Positions 63,611-64,000 of a stretch of DNA of 64,000 nucleotides are shown here, piece after piece (position 1 is the stretch's first letter; every line of letters begins with the position of its first letter). This stretch comes from Pavona decussata. Its lineage: Eukaryota. The stretch lies in NCBI GenBank assembly GCA_977016875.1, contig CDRNST010000068.1:434001-498000 (forward strand), given 5' to 3'. A model generated the notes under the pieces. That model made no database searches. It was not told the DNA's origin and saw only the letters and a program-made list of their open reading frames with translations. The position numbers and the translations under genes are program-made.

Positions 63611-64000
63611 CTGCGAAGTGAGAAATGTCAAGAGAAATTGTCAGATATATGTCTTCAGCAAGGTTCAGTATTAATGGCAAACAAAAGTACATAAAGCAAA
63701 CAGGCAACCAAATAATATTCAGAAGTACTTAGCTGTCGTGCAGTTTCGTGAGTGCTTCATTCATTATCGTTACTGTGATGTGAGGATTGACTTCAGTGTA
63801 CAACAGACAAAAGGTGCTTACGCTTGATCTAAACCCCGTATCTGAATACAAAACTCCGGGGTTTACTGTAATAGTTACTATTTTAGATGTAAAAATGTTG
63901 CAACTTCACTACAACGACAGAATTTAAATCAATATATACACGCATGTGAAACTCACAACCTTTTGAGGTTTAGTCAACACCGAATATTTTTTTTAAGTGT

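Overview
AT-rich, intron- and repeat-rich eukaryotic DNA. The repeat complement (tRNA-derived SINEs, Penelope-type ends, TTAA-flanked and hAT-type MITEs, an RLE-type non-LTR element) suggests an anthozoan or stony-coral genome; this is an inference. The main feature is a ~45-kb array (4.7-50.1 kb, all + strand) of nine intact, single-coding-exon small genes (85-208 aa) plus one pseudogene, from a family I do not recognise. All nine share a gapless 21-aa amphipathic helix (Y[DEQ][KR]x[MI]xxx[FL]x[LIV]I[FY]HN[IL]KR[LI]x[DE]) and a downstream RVxF PP1-docking motif. Most also carry an intervening basophilic RSxSxP-like (14-3-3-type) site, all within otherwise divergent polar sequence. Codon-level comparison shows strong purifying selection on the helix. 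The array looks like an expanded family of small phospho-regulated PP1 adaptors; that function is inferred. To the left is the last exon of a pentraxin/LamG-domain gene, and to the right a convergent secreted 11-Cys cystine-knot (GPA2/bursicon-like) gene. The window also holds a three-tier nested insertion (old LINE, then SINE, then an R4/Dong-like retrotransposon in a (TAA)n tract), several MITEs with clear TSDs, a palindromic tRNA-Thr-derived element and a 142-nt assembly gap.
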